Source of the DNA: Podarcis tiliguerta
Lineage: Eukaryota
Strand: one strand, 5' to 3'
Length of the DNA: 64,000 nt
NCBI GenBank assembly: GCA_965153285.1
Contig: OZ229116.1
Position numbers and translations under genes: made by a program
Shown here: piece by piece, positions 13,514 through 25,193 of the stretch
Layout of the letters: every line of letters begins with the position of its first letter
How positions within the stretch are numbered: position 1 is the first letter of the stretch
The notes under the pieces: generated by a model
Database searches by the model: none
What the model was told of the DNA's origin: nothing
The model's input: the letters and a program-made list of their open reading frames with translations, nothing else

Positions 13514-15159
13514 CCAGCATGTTACAATAATTCCTCAGATGGGGTGTATGCCTTTTGTACTTTCATTCTGATGTAGGAATATCTATCATTCCAAGCAAAT
13601 GATCCTCCTCGGAGAAGCACCAAAGTAAAACAACTCAGAGGATCTTGCTTTACTTACAATAACAATGCATAAAATTGTCCAGCATGTTCCTGCTGCAATG
13701 CGTTTAGGTACATGCTCATATATGCTAGTGATGTTGGTTGAGATTTACAAATTATAATTGTCTTCTTCTCTCCTCCCACCCCATAGCAAGCAATGGACAC
13801 AGGGCAGTCAGGTGCATGACCCAAACATTTCAGTTATTGATTCAAAAAAAATGTGGATTACACTGCAGCAAACTGTAGCTTTTTATATAGGTATGCTGTG
13901 TCCTAGGTATTTTGCATGGTGCTTTATATTATGACAGGATTATTTTATGGATGATTCCCACCTACCCAAACATCTCACATACACTTTTAATGATCAGTGT
14001 GTTAATTGTTATATTTCCTAAATATAACGAAGTCCCACTTGTATAGCTGTTATCCAGGTAACAGGATTACAGTTCCACACAGTCTTTCTCGGAGCGCAGC
14101 AACCTTATGTGTATTCCATATGTTCTAAAAAAATATTCAGTGTCAAAATTTCTGTTATATGTAACACCGAGACATACATTAAAGATGACATTAAAAAAAA
14201 CAACTGAATGAAATCTGGTACTGTATTGCATAGCTTATTGCATATGTTGTTGTTATTTGCTGGTGTATTGAATCTGAGTTTGTTTTAGCATTGTGTAAAA
14301 TGGTTGGAAATGGCTATTGAGTGTGGTGATCCCAGTGTGAACAAGGAAAAAAATGCCCTATAGCCTCTCCATAGCGCTTCCACTTCTTTGCTCCCCTGCA
14401 GGTATGCAGTGTGGCTTAGGATCAGCATTAATCTTTTAAACTTACCTCATATGGAAGACTTGTCTTTCTTGATAGTTTTCATTGGCCTTTTCTTTACTTC
14501 TTTTGAGTTATGCTATATTCTTTTTAAGCATGATCAGGAACAGCACAATATTCTCAAAGCATGTGTAGACCTTTATAACAGCTTTTGCATTATGTTCTTG
14601 CTCTGTTCTGATTTCTGATTGACAACTGCAGTGCACTTACCTGACCATTTCAAGTGGCAATTCATAATGATTCCAAAAGGTCTTTATTGATAACTGGTAA
14701 CTAATACAATGCCAGCGCCCCTCACACAACACATTTTTTATTTGTACCTGTGATATAGTTCTATATTCCAATGTAGCTCAAAGGTGCCATCTAGAGTGCC
14801 TGGAAATTCACACCACCACAGTGAACCCTAAATAGACAGCAATTCCCTGTTTCAGTTTGAATATGCATCCTTAAGTTGGTTCATTTCTCTCACTGGCCAG
14901 AACTAGCTGATTTTCTCTCTCTCACTCACTTTTTAATTGTTTTTGTTAAAGATTATTAAAGATTGTATTGGGCTACAAAAGTGTGTACATTGTCTTTATT
15001 TTCAGATCATAAAGTCCTTTCTGCAGATCAGTTATATTCTGATATGCAAGTTCAGGGTTGTTAAGAAGGTGGAACAAGCTTATAAGTAAATTTCTGATTT
15101 GCCTCAGAAACCACAGAACTGATCTCATGTTTTGACTAAGAAACAATTCATCTCCACCA

Positions 15160-15285
15160 AAGATCCTTTGCAATATTCCCCACAAAGGAACCTTTTGCCA
15201 TTTCCTTGGGAACTGAATAATCATTAGCAGTCTCACATACGATGCAAAAATTATATATGATGAAAATGAAAACGGCATTTCCATG
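15160..15285 (-). pseudogene. Short relic copy of the signal peptide/EC1 start of the neighbouring gamma exon
   Basis: Translates as ...[30 protein letters not shown], matching [33 protein letters not shown] at about 13108-13235; similarity stops after AKDL. Confidence 0.85.
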
Positions 15286-15319
15286 TGCTCTGGCACTCGT
15301 CATGGTGTCATGTTGCACC

Positions 15320-15472
15320 AGAAGCAGTTTAGACATGCTGGCCACATGATCTGGAAAGCTGTCAGAGGACAAATACCGGCTGCTTTGGCCCGAAGTAAGA
15401 TGAGCACTGCATCCCATATTCACCTTTGACTGGACTTAACCATCCAGGGGTCTTTTACCTTTACCTTTACCT
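15320..15472 (+). mobile_element. 5'-truncated Sauria-type SINE
   Basis: catgctggccacatga core shared with the 34.4 kb and 50.3 kb copies; (ACCTTT)n tail. Confidence 0.8.
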
Positions 15473-16039
15473 TTCTTTTCCACTTTAACCAACCTCCTCT
15501 CCACCCATTTTTCAATACTGGACACAGTGAAATGGCAATTACCGCACCCTAACATTATGGCACACAGCTTGTGAAGCCAATCACTATTGCAAACATAGGT
15601 GTTGGGACCAAGACACACTGGTCTTTTCATTACTGATCACAGTTCTATTAGGATATGTTTTCCAATATAAAAGTAGTGCCTTCTGGAACATGAGAGTCCT
15701 TGCTTCTGTTTGTAAAACCGCCCCTCATCATTGATCCCAGGGAGAGTTACAACAAAATATAGAGCAGATCAAATACCATAAAACACAATACAAAACATGT
15801 GAAACATACACAGTAACTCTAAAAAATGGACCCTTACGTTGCAGGTGATACCCTAACAACTACTGGCCACAGTACCAACCCCTCTCCAAAAGCCTGAGCA
15901 AAGAGGTTTGTCCTTAAGTGGCACAGAAAGCGCAATAAGGGGCAAAAGTGAAGTTCTCAAATAAAGAAGGTATTTGTCCTGCATGCTCCCCCCCTCCACT
16001 TCATTAGATAGGCGAACAATGAGAATGCACACACAGAGA

Positions 16040-16700
16040 GACACCAAACTGGACAGTTTCATACAGAATCAGATATTCCTTCCTTGAATTGGGGTCAGAA
16101 ATGTACAGACACTCAGCATCAGTTCTTCAGGACCAGTGCTGTTTGGACAAGACTGGCTGTAGCATTCAGGAATCTGGGAGGTGCATTCTGTGCTTAGCTG
16201 TATCTTCTGAGCCATCTACAGGGATAGCTCCATGTAGAGTTCATTACTGTATAGTAATCCGTTCAGGGGATTACCTGAGCCTGGGTCATAGTAGCAGAAC
16301 AACAACTGTAGCTGAAGAACCTGCCAAAGCAGGTAATAGGCATTCTTCACCAGATATGTCACTTCAGACTCCAGTGACAATGTAGAATTCAACAACAGCC
16401 CCAGGCTACAATGTGGTTCCTTTAAATACAATTGTTACCTCTTCCAAAACAGGCTATCAACCTAGTCCTCAGATCTGGAAACTGCCAACATACCATGCCT
16501 GCATCTTTTCAGAATTTAGGTTCAACTTAATGGCCCATATCCAGCTCAATACTACCTGCAGACAGTGATTCAGGACCTGAACAGCTTCTCTTGCTTCTGA
16601 TGATATGCAAAAATGGACCTGAGTGCCATCTAAGTGTCATTGACACTGCCCTCCAAATCCCTTGATGACACCCCGAGAATCTTCTTACAACCATCTTATA
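16040..16700 (-). mobile_element. Degenerate L2-like reverse-transcriptase fragment
   Basis: Residual translation SLGLLLNSTLSLESEVTYLVKNAYYLL resembles LINE RT C-terminal LGV.LD..LS; many stops, boundaries approximate. Confidence 0.5.
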
Positions 16701-17022
16701 GAAATTCCGCAAGTAAGATTACTTTGATGCAATACATGATCTGGCTTTGCTATCCCCATCAATAGCAAATTTTACACTCAGAGGAATCATTAAAACACTA
16801 CCTAGATAAAATGCAATATTTATTTTAATTAATGAAGTAGTTGCTTCATCTGTTAAAAAAAGGAAATGACACTAAAATTTATTGCAAAGAATTAAATTAA
16901 GCTTTGTAATTTTAAAAAAATAATTAAATTACATAAAATGAAACCTATTGAATAAGGACAAATAAAAGAACTGACTTTCTGAACTTTAAAATAAACGGAA
17001 GTACTCAAATTCATGTACTCAC

Positions 17023-19437
17023 TTGACAGGTTGCTGCCTGCTCCTGAACAGTGTTAGAATCACCTATGAGTAATATAGGATCTGGCTTATCCGGAGCCTG
17101 TTGTGGTGTCAGAGTATTGGTACAGCTTCCAATTGGAAAAAAAATCTGACTTTTCCGAGAGCCTGAAGTCAGTGAAACCTCATGGCAATAAGACTGAAGA
17201 AATGCCCGGACTCCGTCAATCCCCACAAACTGTGAAACTGGTGCACCACTGAAATTCAAACTTGCATTATCACACAGCTGAGAATTTTTCCACCTGCGAA
17301 GTTTGAGTGCAAGTAACACAAGGAGGAAGGCAAGGAACAAGCAGGAGACAAAAGCCACTGCAGTCACCAAGTAGAAGGTGAGATCTGACTGTGGGTCTTC
17401 AGATACTGGGACGCTGCTCAGATCAGTCAGCATGTCAGGGATGCTGTCAGCCAAGACCACAGTGACAGTAACTGACGCCGACATTGGAGGCTGCCCATTG
17501 TCCTTGACTAAAACCACCAGGCTTTGCTTGAGGGCATCTTTCTCCAGAAAGAAGCGGGCTGTCCTGATCTCTCCCGTGTGGAGCCCCAGAGTGAAGAGCC
17601 CTGGCTCGGTGGCCTTGATCAGCTGGTAGGAGAGCCAGGCATTCTGGCCAGAGTCTGCATCCACGGCCACCACCTTAGTGACCAGGTAGCCTGGCTCTGA
17701 GGAGCGAGGGGCCAGCTCTATCCCTGTGGAGCCGTCAGTGGGAGGGGAGGGGTAAAGGATTTGGGGAGCATTGTCATTCTGGTCCAGGATGAAGAGAGTC
17801 ACTGAGACGTTGGAGCTGAGTGGTGGAGAACCTCCATCCTGGGCCTTGACCAGGAAATTAATCTCTTTAATCTCTTCATAATCAAAGGAGATCAAGGCAT
17901 AAACAACCCCCGTTTCAGAGTTAATAGAAAGGTAGGATGAAAGAGTAGAATCGCCAACAATTTGATCAATGATTGAAAACGTGATTGTAGCATTTTCCAT
18001 GCAGTCAGGATCACTTGCTTTCATGTAGTAAACAGATGCTCCTCTAATATTATTCTCAGTTACATAAGAAGTATATTGTATGCTATTGAAGATTGGGGCA
18101 TTGTCATTTACATCTGAAATTTCTACAAAGAACACTGTAGTGGTTGATAATGGAGGGTTCCCTTTGTCTGTAGCCATGATAGTTATACTATAATTTGATG
18201 TTTCTTCTCTGTCGAGAACTCTGTCAGTCATCAAATGGTAATAGTTATCAAAGGATTTCTCTAAGTGGAAAGGAAGAGTTTTAGGAACTGAGCACAAGAT
18301 TTCTCCATTCTCACCCATATCTCTGTCTTGTATGTTTAGTAGAGCAACCACAGTTCCTGGAGAGCTTCCTTCACTGATTGAACTGAAGAAGGTAGTAATA
18401 GTTATCTTGGGAACATTGTCATTAACATCAATAAGGATGATCAAGACTTTAGCCCTGTCGGAGAGACCTCCATTGTCCTTTGCTTGAATTTCCATTTCAT
18501 GTAATGCATCTTCTTCATAGTCCAACTTCCCTGTTGTTGATATCTCCCCATTTCTAGAATTTATTTGAAAGAGTTGTGATGCTTTCTCCTTTATTTTTAG
18601 GAATGAGTAAATCACCTCAGAATTTGTTTCCGCATCGGCATCTGTAGCATTTACAGTAAGCAGCAGAGAGCCTACGGAAACACTTTCCAAAACACTCACT
18701 TTATAGAGAGGTTGGTTGAAAATAGGTGCGTTATCATTTGCATCAAGAACCGTTACATAGATCTGCAGAGTGCCAGACCTCACAGGATGCCCACCATCAG
18801 TGGCCGTTAGGATGAGTGAGTAAAATGCTTCCGCTTCTCTGTCCAAAGATTTCTCTAGCACCAGTTCAGGAAATTTGTCCTTATCAGATCTGCTCTGTAG
18901 TTTCAGGGAGAAAAACCTGCTGCTGCTCAGATGGTAGTTCTGAAGGGAATAATCTCCAATGTCAGAATCCTGAGCTTCTTGCAAGGCAATACGAGTCCCT
19001 ACAATGGCCGTTTCACTTATTTTAAGATCTAAGCGTTCCTGGGTGAAAGTTGGAGCATTGTCATTTATATCTGTGATTTCAATGTCTACGGTGAACAGTT
19101 TCATTTTATCCTCAACAAGGACTTCAAGACTTAAAACACACTTCTCTTCCCACCCGCATATTTCTTCTCTGTCTATCCTTTCGGAGACATATAACTGGCC
19201 ATTCTTAGACTTCAAAGTAAAATATTGAAGCATACCTTCAGAGATGATGCGAACTCTGCTGTCTGACAATTTCTTGGAACCCAGTCCCAGGTCCTCTGCT
19301 ATATTCCCAATGAAAGAGCCTTTGGGGACTTCCTCAGGAACTGAGTAGTGGAGCTGCCCATAATTTGCCTGCCAGATGGCAATAAAAGCAAACCAGAAGG
19401 AGCCACTGTGTTGTCGGAGTCTCAGCATAGCTGCCAT
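17023..19437 (-). CDS. PCDHGA: Protocadherin gamma-A-like variable exon
   Basis: 808-aa ORF 17011-19437, six EC repeats plus TM plus gamma-A tail; phase-0 donor CAA|GTGAGT at 17023/17022. Family-level symbol. Confidence 0.95.
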
Positions 19438-19634
19438 TTCAAAGAATTACCTTTGGAGCGTCTACCTATTTCTCTTTCTCGTGGCAAAGGATCTTGTAGC
19501 AAAGAACCAGCAAATCCTTTTGTTAATCTATACTGTTTCACTGAGAGAGAGGACGTGTGCCAATTTAGCTGCCTTTCTAGCAATGTGCAAGAACTTACCC
19601 TGCATATTTCGTTTCAGTTTGCTTTCTCATTGGT

Positions 19635-19670
19635 AAACAGCGGCGCCCAGAGTCTCAACCAAAAACTGCA
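19635..19670 (-). promoter_or_regulatory. Pcdh CSE (promoter CTCF site)
   Basis: cagcggcgcccagagtctcaaccaaaaactgca, about 200 bp upstream of ATG 19437; the last 25 nt are identical to the 13.5 kb element. Confidence 0.85.
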
Positions 19671-19861
19671 ATGGCTAAAGTCATACAAAAGGCAAAGACA
19701 GCCTAGTTGACACGATTAAGCAGTTTACTTCCTGCATGTGTCGATAACTTTTACCAATAATATTACCAACGCATATTTAATGTTGTATTTAATGATATTT
19801 TCTTTGCTGTGTTTCTTTGCTTTGCTCCAGTAAAGGATCACTGTAGCTAATAGAACATTAA

Positions 19862-19945
19862 GGCTGCAATCCTACACAAACTTACCTGGGAATAAATCAC
19901 ATTGGAAATTTACTTGTGAGTAACCATATATAGGATTGTACTGTA
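19862..19945. repeat. Short palindromic MITE-like repeat
   Basis: ggctgcaatcctacacaaacttacctggg...tacttgtgagtaaccatatataggattgtactg with terminal inverted caatccta/taggattg; same family as the insert at 31907-31998. Confidence 0.7.
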
Positions 19946-20478
19946 AATTAAAGTAACATTCCAAATATCACCATTTCATTGTGTGTAACTTATAACATTA
20001 TTTCAGTAAAATCAGGCACCCTTCCTGATCATTTCATTCCTGGCCTATTCACTACTTTAGTTTAGACATTTTAGAAGCCCCATATATTTATATATTTTTT
20101 CATTTCTTACCACAAATAACTTCTAGAAATTAGAAATATATCTGATTTTATTGCCATCTTGTCTTTAAAATCTCTACCCAGTTAGACTAAAGGACATGAA
20201 TTAAAAAGATAATAAGCATTTTGCTTCCATATCTAGAATGAGCATACCAGGAGGACAACAAAATGCAGATTGAAGTAGAGCCACAATTTCGTCCACAATT
20301 TCACTAAGTAAAAGAGTTTATATGCAACATGGTTAACTACTTAACTGACAGCCTCCCTTGCGGTCTGCAACTGTAGGAGCTGGAAAAGAATTTTCTGCTA
20401 CCTACCTTGGTCCGACAACCTTACCTTGACTCTGGTCATAGGAGCCAACTCCTACAGGCCTTTGGCCCCAACAATAAA

Positions 20479-20481
<3 letters not shown>

Positions 20482-20527
<46 letters not shown>
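20482..20527. repeat. (AAT)n microsatellite
   Basis: Perfect ataataata run of about 45 bp. Confidence 0.95.
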
Positions 20528-20528
<1 letters not shown>

Positions 20529-20588
20529 TTTATACCCCGCTGTGGCAATCATACAGGGTCCCCGGACGTTTGATGGTCTATTGATCCC

Positions 20589-20999
20589 TGTGCCACCACT
20601 GTGCTCGCTTCCCCGCTGCCACCAACCCGTTTCTCTCAGGTACACACTGAGTCCAGACAGTTGTTAAAATTAAATCAAATAAACAAGTTTATTTTGTAAG
20701 CATTAACAAGTATGATTTCTCAGTTAATTTTCTTGTCAGTTTCTTATCCTTAGTTTCTTTACCGGCCTATACCTTCCTAATACCTTCTGGCTGATTATCT
20801 CAACTTAACAGTTTCTCTCACTCTCTCACATCAGACTAGCCCAACCCACAGACTTATCCTCCCTTTCTCTTCTCTGACTCCAGACTGACTTCTTAACAAC
20901 TCCAACTCTACCTTCTAACTCTAGCTCCTCCGCTTGGGTTCCTATAGGTTCCTTATGAACCCAGTATGATGTCACACACCTAGGAGGGCAAATGCCACA
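20589..20999 (-). mobile_element. Possible solo LTR inserted into another repeat
   Basis: TGTG...CACA ends, minus-strand AATAAA near 20690, purine-rich U3-like part on minus; TSD not clear. Confidence 0.35.
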
Positions 21000-21433
21000 C
21001 CCGCCCATCTGGCTGGGTTTCTTCAGCCACTCTGGGGGAAATGCTGGAGGGGGCTGGACCCCTACAAAATTGATGGGCATTCCCATTCAAATATGGGTGT
21101 TCTGCATCATGTGATCAATTATGCAGGGCAGGGCCTACACGAACCTTCACAGTATTTTATTCAAGTTGGCACACCTGATCAACTGAAGAAGTTTGCTGTT
21201 TCTTGCCTATGCACATTCAAGGTGTGCTGGGAAGATTTTGCAGGGCCATCTGCCTGTAAGGTGTTTTTTTTGAGGATGTGTGTGTGTGTGTGAATGAGCC
21301 CAAGCATTGTCCAAGAGTGCCACTCATCTGAGGTCCCCACAAGTCACTGGAAGGCTGGGTTAGATAAGCAATTCTTAATGCTTTGGGTGTTTTTGATTTC
21401 CACCTTCTGCTGGTCATATCTAATTATATAGAT

Positions 21434-21619
21434 CAGGGGTTGTCAACCTGGTCCCTACCACCCACTACTGGGTGTTTTAGGATTCTAGGTGGGCGGTAGG
21501 GGGTTCTACGGCACAAGCTGAATCCTCCTTCTATTGAGCACTGGCGGGAGGTAAGAAAAGTTTACCATCAAGAAAGATGCATTAGTGGGTGGTAGGTATA
21601 AAAAGGTTGACTACCCCTG
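21434..21619. mobile_element. hAT-type MITE
   Basis: TIR caggggttgtcaacct / aggttgactacccctg; degenerate 8-bp TSD atatagat / gtctagat. Confidence 0.8.
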
Positions 21620-22729
21620 GTCTAGATGCTTAAGAAAATGACTTGCTTAATTTGGAACAAATACACACTCAATAGTGCAGAGTTGACAAAAATAATTCCC
21701 TTCAAGGCTGATCAGGGAATGAGAGTCAAAAGATTCCCACTTCACCTGCGTACAGCTAACATTGTACTGCCTGAGATACTGTGGGTTTCTCCAGGGTTTC
21801 TTCAGAGAGGAGACTTTCCAAGCTTTTCTGGAGATTATATGGATTGTACCTGAGATCTTTTGCACACAAAGCATATGCTGGGCTACAGTCTTTTAGTTTA
21901 TTTCAGTTTAAATCCAAATACCTTGGTTTTATTAAGTTATGCATCAGAAGCAATTATCTGATTATGTCATTTCCTTCTTACTAGCTGCTTATAGTTAAAC
22001 GCATGTTTACCTTCTTAGTTTAACTCCTTACAGTTAAAATATTGCTTTGTTGTATAACAGAAATCATTTTTATCCTTACTAACCATATGGTTGTGAGCAT
22101 TTAAAGCACTGCCTTTAAAATATGGTTCTACGTCTCATTCAGACATTCAAAGAAGTAGAAATGCTGGTGTACCTCCATCCACATTTATTAGATAATGCTG
22201 ATTCATCCATCATTTTTTCAAATTAAAAGATCACAGGAGTCATGAATGAAATGTCTAGAACACAGGGTGTAGGAGCAGATGTTACTGCACACAGGCTAAA
22301 GCCTGTTTTACATGTTCAGTCATGGTTATGATTGTGGTGAACAGAGATTCCTTCACATCTACCAGAGTTGTATCTGAGAAATGCCATCCAGAGGAGCTGC
22401 TAAGTAGCAATGAAGCTTATTCATCTGCAATTTACAAGAATCCTCAATGATCCAGTGTGCCTTATTCCCAAAGCATTTCATAGAAAAATGACTTGAGTGA
22501 TGGATTGCTTATAGGACTGGAAGTTCCTGTGGCCCCATCCAGACCATTTTGCTGGAATGAATTTTCACTATTGCAACTTAATGTTATTTGCAGCTTAATA
22601 TTATCGGAGAGGTGTGCCCCCTCTATGTTCAACTCTTGTTGCCCACCACAGTGTCAACCCAGAAGGAGTAGTAAATTGGGTTCAGGTGGTAATAAGTACT
22701 TCCTTAAAAGAAGAGAAGATACCAGCAGC

Positions 22730-23290
22730 CTTGAAGGAGGCACCTCTGAAACCACTCCTTAAAAATATATGGATGATTCCCCACCACCACCACCCCGCAA
22801 TTGGCCAGTTGCTAATCCCCCTTTCTTGGGCAAGTGGCTTTACTAGACAGTGGCTTCTCAACCTCAGACATGCCTGGATGAAATGGATTATTTGGATCTA
22901 TTTCAGTCTGAATTCTGTCATGGTTTAGGGGCACTTTGGTCACCCCCACAGAAAATGTGCTAGTAGAGGAACACATGGAGTGCAATCTTGTTGATTCTTC
23001 TGGATCTCTCAAAGTTTATCAATTTGATGTTTTGATATATCAATTATAATATACTTCTGAATCATCTTCTGGTTTGGGGGCATTGTGTCCCCTTGGTTCT
23101 GTTCTTGTCTGTCATGTTAGTCCCAAACAGTTACACTGTTATGCTAACGACACCCAGCTCTATTTCTCCTCTTTGTCTAGTGTAGATGACACAATGAATG
23201 TTCTTAAAAGGTGCTTGGTATAGTAATGTGTTGGATATGGGCTAATAAACCAAAGCTCAGTCCAGACAAGATAGATGTTCTGTAGGAAGG
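22730..23290 (+). mobile_element. Degenerate L2-like reverse-transcriptase fragment
   Basis: Residual motifs KPLLKK, PFLGK, ILLILLDLS and tatgctaacgacacccagctctat (YAxDTQLY). Confidence 0.6.
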
Positions 23291-24396
23291 CAATGAAGTT
23301 GATTAGTGATTCAGTGTTCATCCTGTTTTGTATAAAGTTGCTTTCCCCCCAAAAAATCAACTTTTCATTCTCTCTGCATTAGGATGGGGAAACAACTGGT
23401 GGGAGTGGGGTGAGAGTGAGAATACTGTCACCATTTCATTCATGTGTAGAAAAAAAACTAGAATATAGAATATAAATAAAGGAAAACTTCCATGCCTCTG
23501 ACATTATGAACAACACTACTGATTTTGCTGTTACAAAATGATAGTAATAGAGCTCCATAACATGGAAATAACACCTTGATACCAATAAAACTTAACAATG
23601 GTAAAATAGAATAAAATTCACTAAATAAATTGATGCAAGATGTCTGCCAGTGGAACCCCATGTGCAGCTGCAATGTAGATGAGGTGCAATTTTTGCTATA
23701 AAGCAAGGGTTATATTGCCATCCCACAAATGCTGACCCACTGCCAGTGCCTACCCATCTACAATCTGTAGCATACTGCAACAAAAAACTGATTTTAATAT
23801 TTATTCCTGCCCTGCTACTAGGGGTGCTCCCTGTGGTTGGACTGCTCATCTGTCAGATGATCATTATGATAGGGAGAAATAGGGCAATGAAGTGCCTGGG
23901 CATGTCAGTTTAGTCCAACATGGAGTTAAAGATTTAAAAGCTTGGCACTTTTAAAATTCTTGATTAAGATACAGGCAGTGGAAGTAGTCTTCTTTTACTT
24001 TCCCAAAAAAGCATGTGATAGAGTAGAATGTGAGTTATCATCTACAATCATGAAAAAATGAACTTTAGTGTTGCAGATACATAAAAGCTCAGCTGCATTT
24101 TAAGAGGGTCTTATTAGAGAGTCCAGAGATTTTTTTTAATAGCCAAAGCACATACCAAATTGACAATTTCATCAACCATCTTGCTGACCACATATGAAGT
24201 TGTTGCTTTATTCTTGAGCCCCTACTCCTGTGCTTCCCATATTCAGTCCATCACTTTCTCCTTCAACGCGTTCAGCTATCTATCCCCTTACCTAAAATTC
24301 TCTAGGCATCTCCCACCTTGACTACTGATATGTTTTACTCTCTGGCTTGGACTTTGAAGCAGATGAAGACCTCCCTGTTTCTTCTTATTTAAATAC

Positions 24397-24871
24397 TGTT
24401 ATGCCCCCCTTCTAATTCATGGGTCCAGCATGGATTCAATTCCTGGAATAGTTAGGCTAACTTCCTGATGAGATAATGGCCCTCTAAGTATGGACCTTTA
24501 AGGTAACAAAGGAAGTGTCTCTGTGCTGCATGACAAAGGGTAGGCTTCCCTCCCTCAACAAACCTGTAGTTAGGAAGACAAAGGCCAGAATTGAGAGTTT
24601 AGTTACATGAGCTGGAAGGTAGAAGAGAGTCTGCAGGCTGGGAAGCTGGGATACAGAGTTACGCCTGATTTCTGGTTGAATCCAAGGTTTGGCTATGGTG
24701 GAAGCAAAACCCCTCCATCATAGGCTCAGGTTGTATATATGTGTAAATAAACAATATATCATAAAGACACCACAGTCTCCACTGTCCCTCATTCCAAAAG
24801 GAAACACGAACACTGGGTAAGCACCTAGAATTCATGGAATCTCACATTGCTTGGAGATTGGGGCGGCAACA
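24397..24871 (+). mobile_element. Solo LTR (Gypsy/ERV-like)
   Basis: 475 bp bounded by TGTT...AACA with a perfect 4-bp TSD atac (24393-24396 and 24872-24875); AATAAA at 24746. Confidence 0.75.
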
Positions 24872-25193
24872 ATACATATGAAGATCCACTTTTATTTAAA
24901 CCCAAACATTAAACAAAGGAGAGGTTTCTTAAGAAGTGAGTTAAACTTAGATTAAATGAGAAACAGCAAATTACAGTGTGAATTAAGTCAAAAAAGGGAA
25001 AATTATCTTCAAGATGATCAAGATTTTTAAATGTTTCAGTTCTTACGGTGATTCTTACAGAAACACTTGTTCAGTTGCAGTGAAGTTATTCTTGAACATC
25101 AAATTAAAGGTAAAAATAATTCAACTAAATAAATACTATATTGACATAAGCTCTTATAAAACCTTTTCAAAGTTTAGTGAAAGCAAAACATAC

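Noticed and set aside
14780-14800. CTCF-like ggtgccatctagagt, and a similar word near 8735
   Set aside because: Partial matches, not positioned upstream of a variable exon; not supportable without a matrix score or ChIP data.
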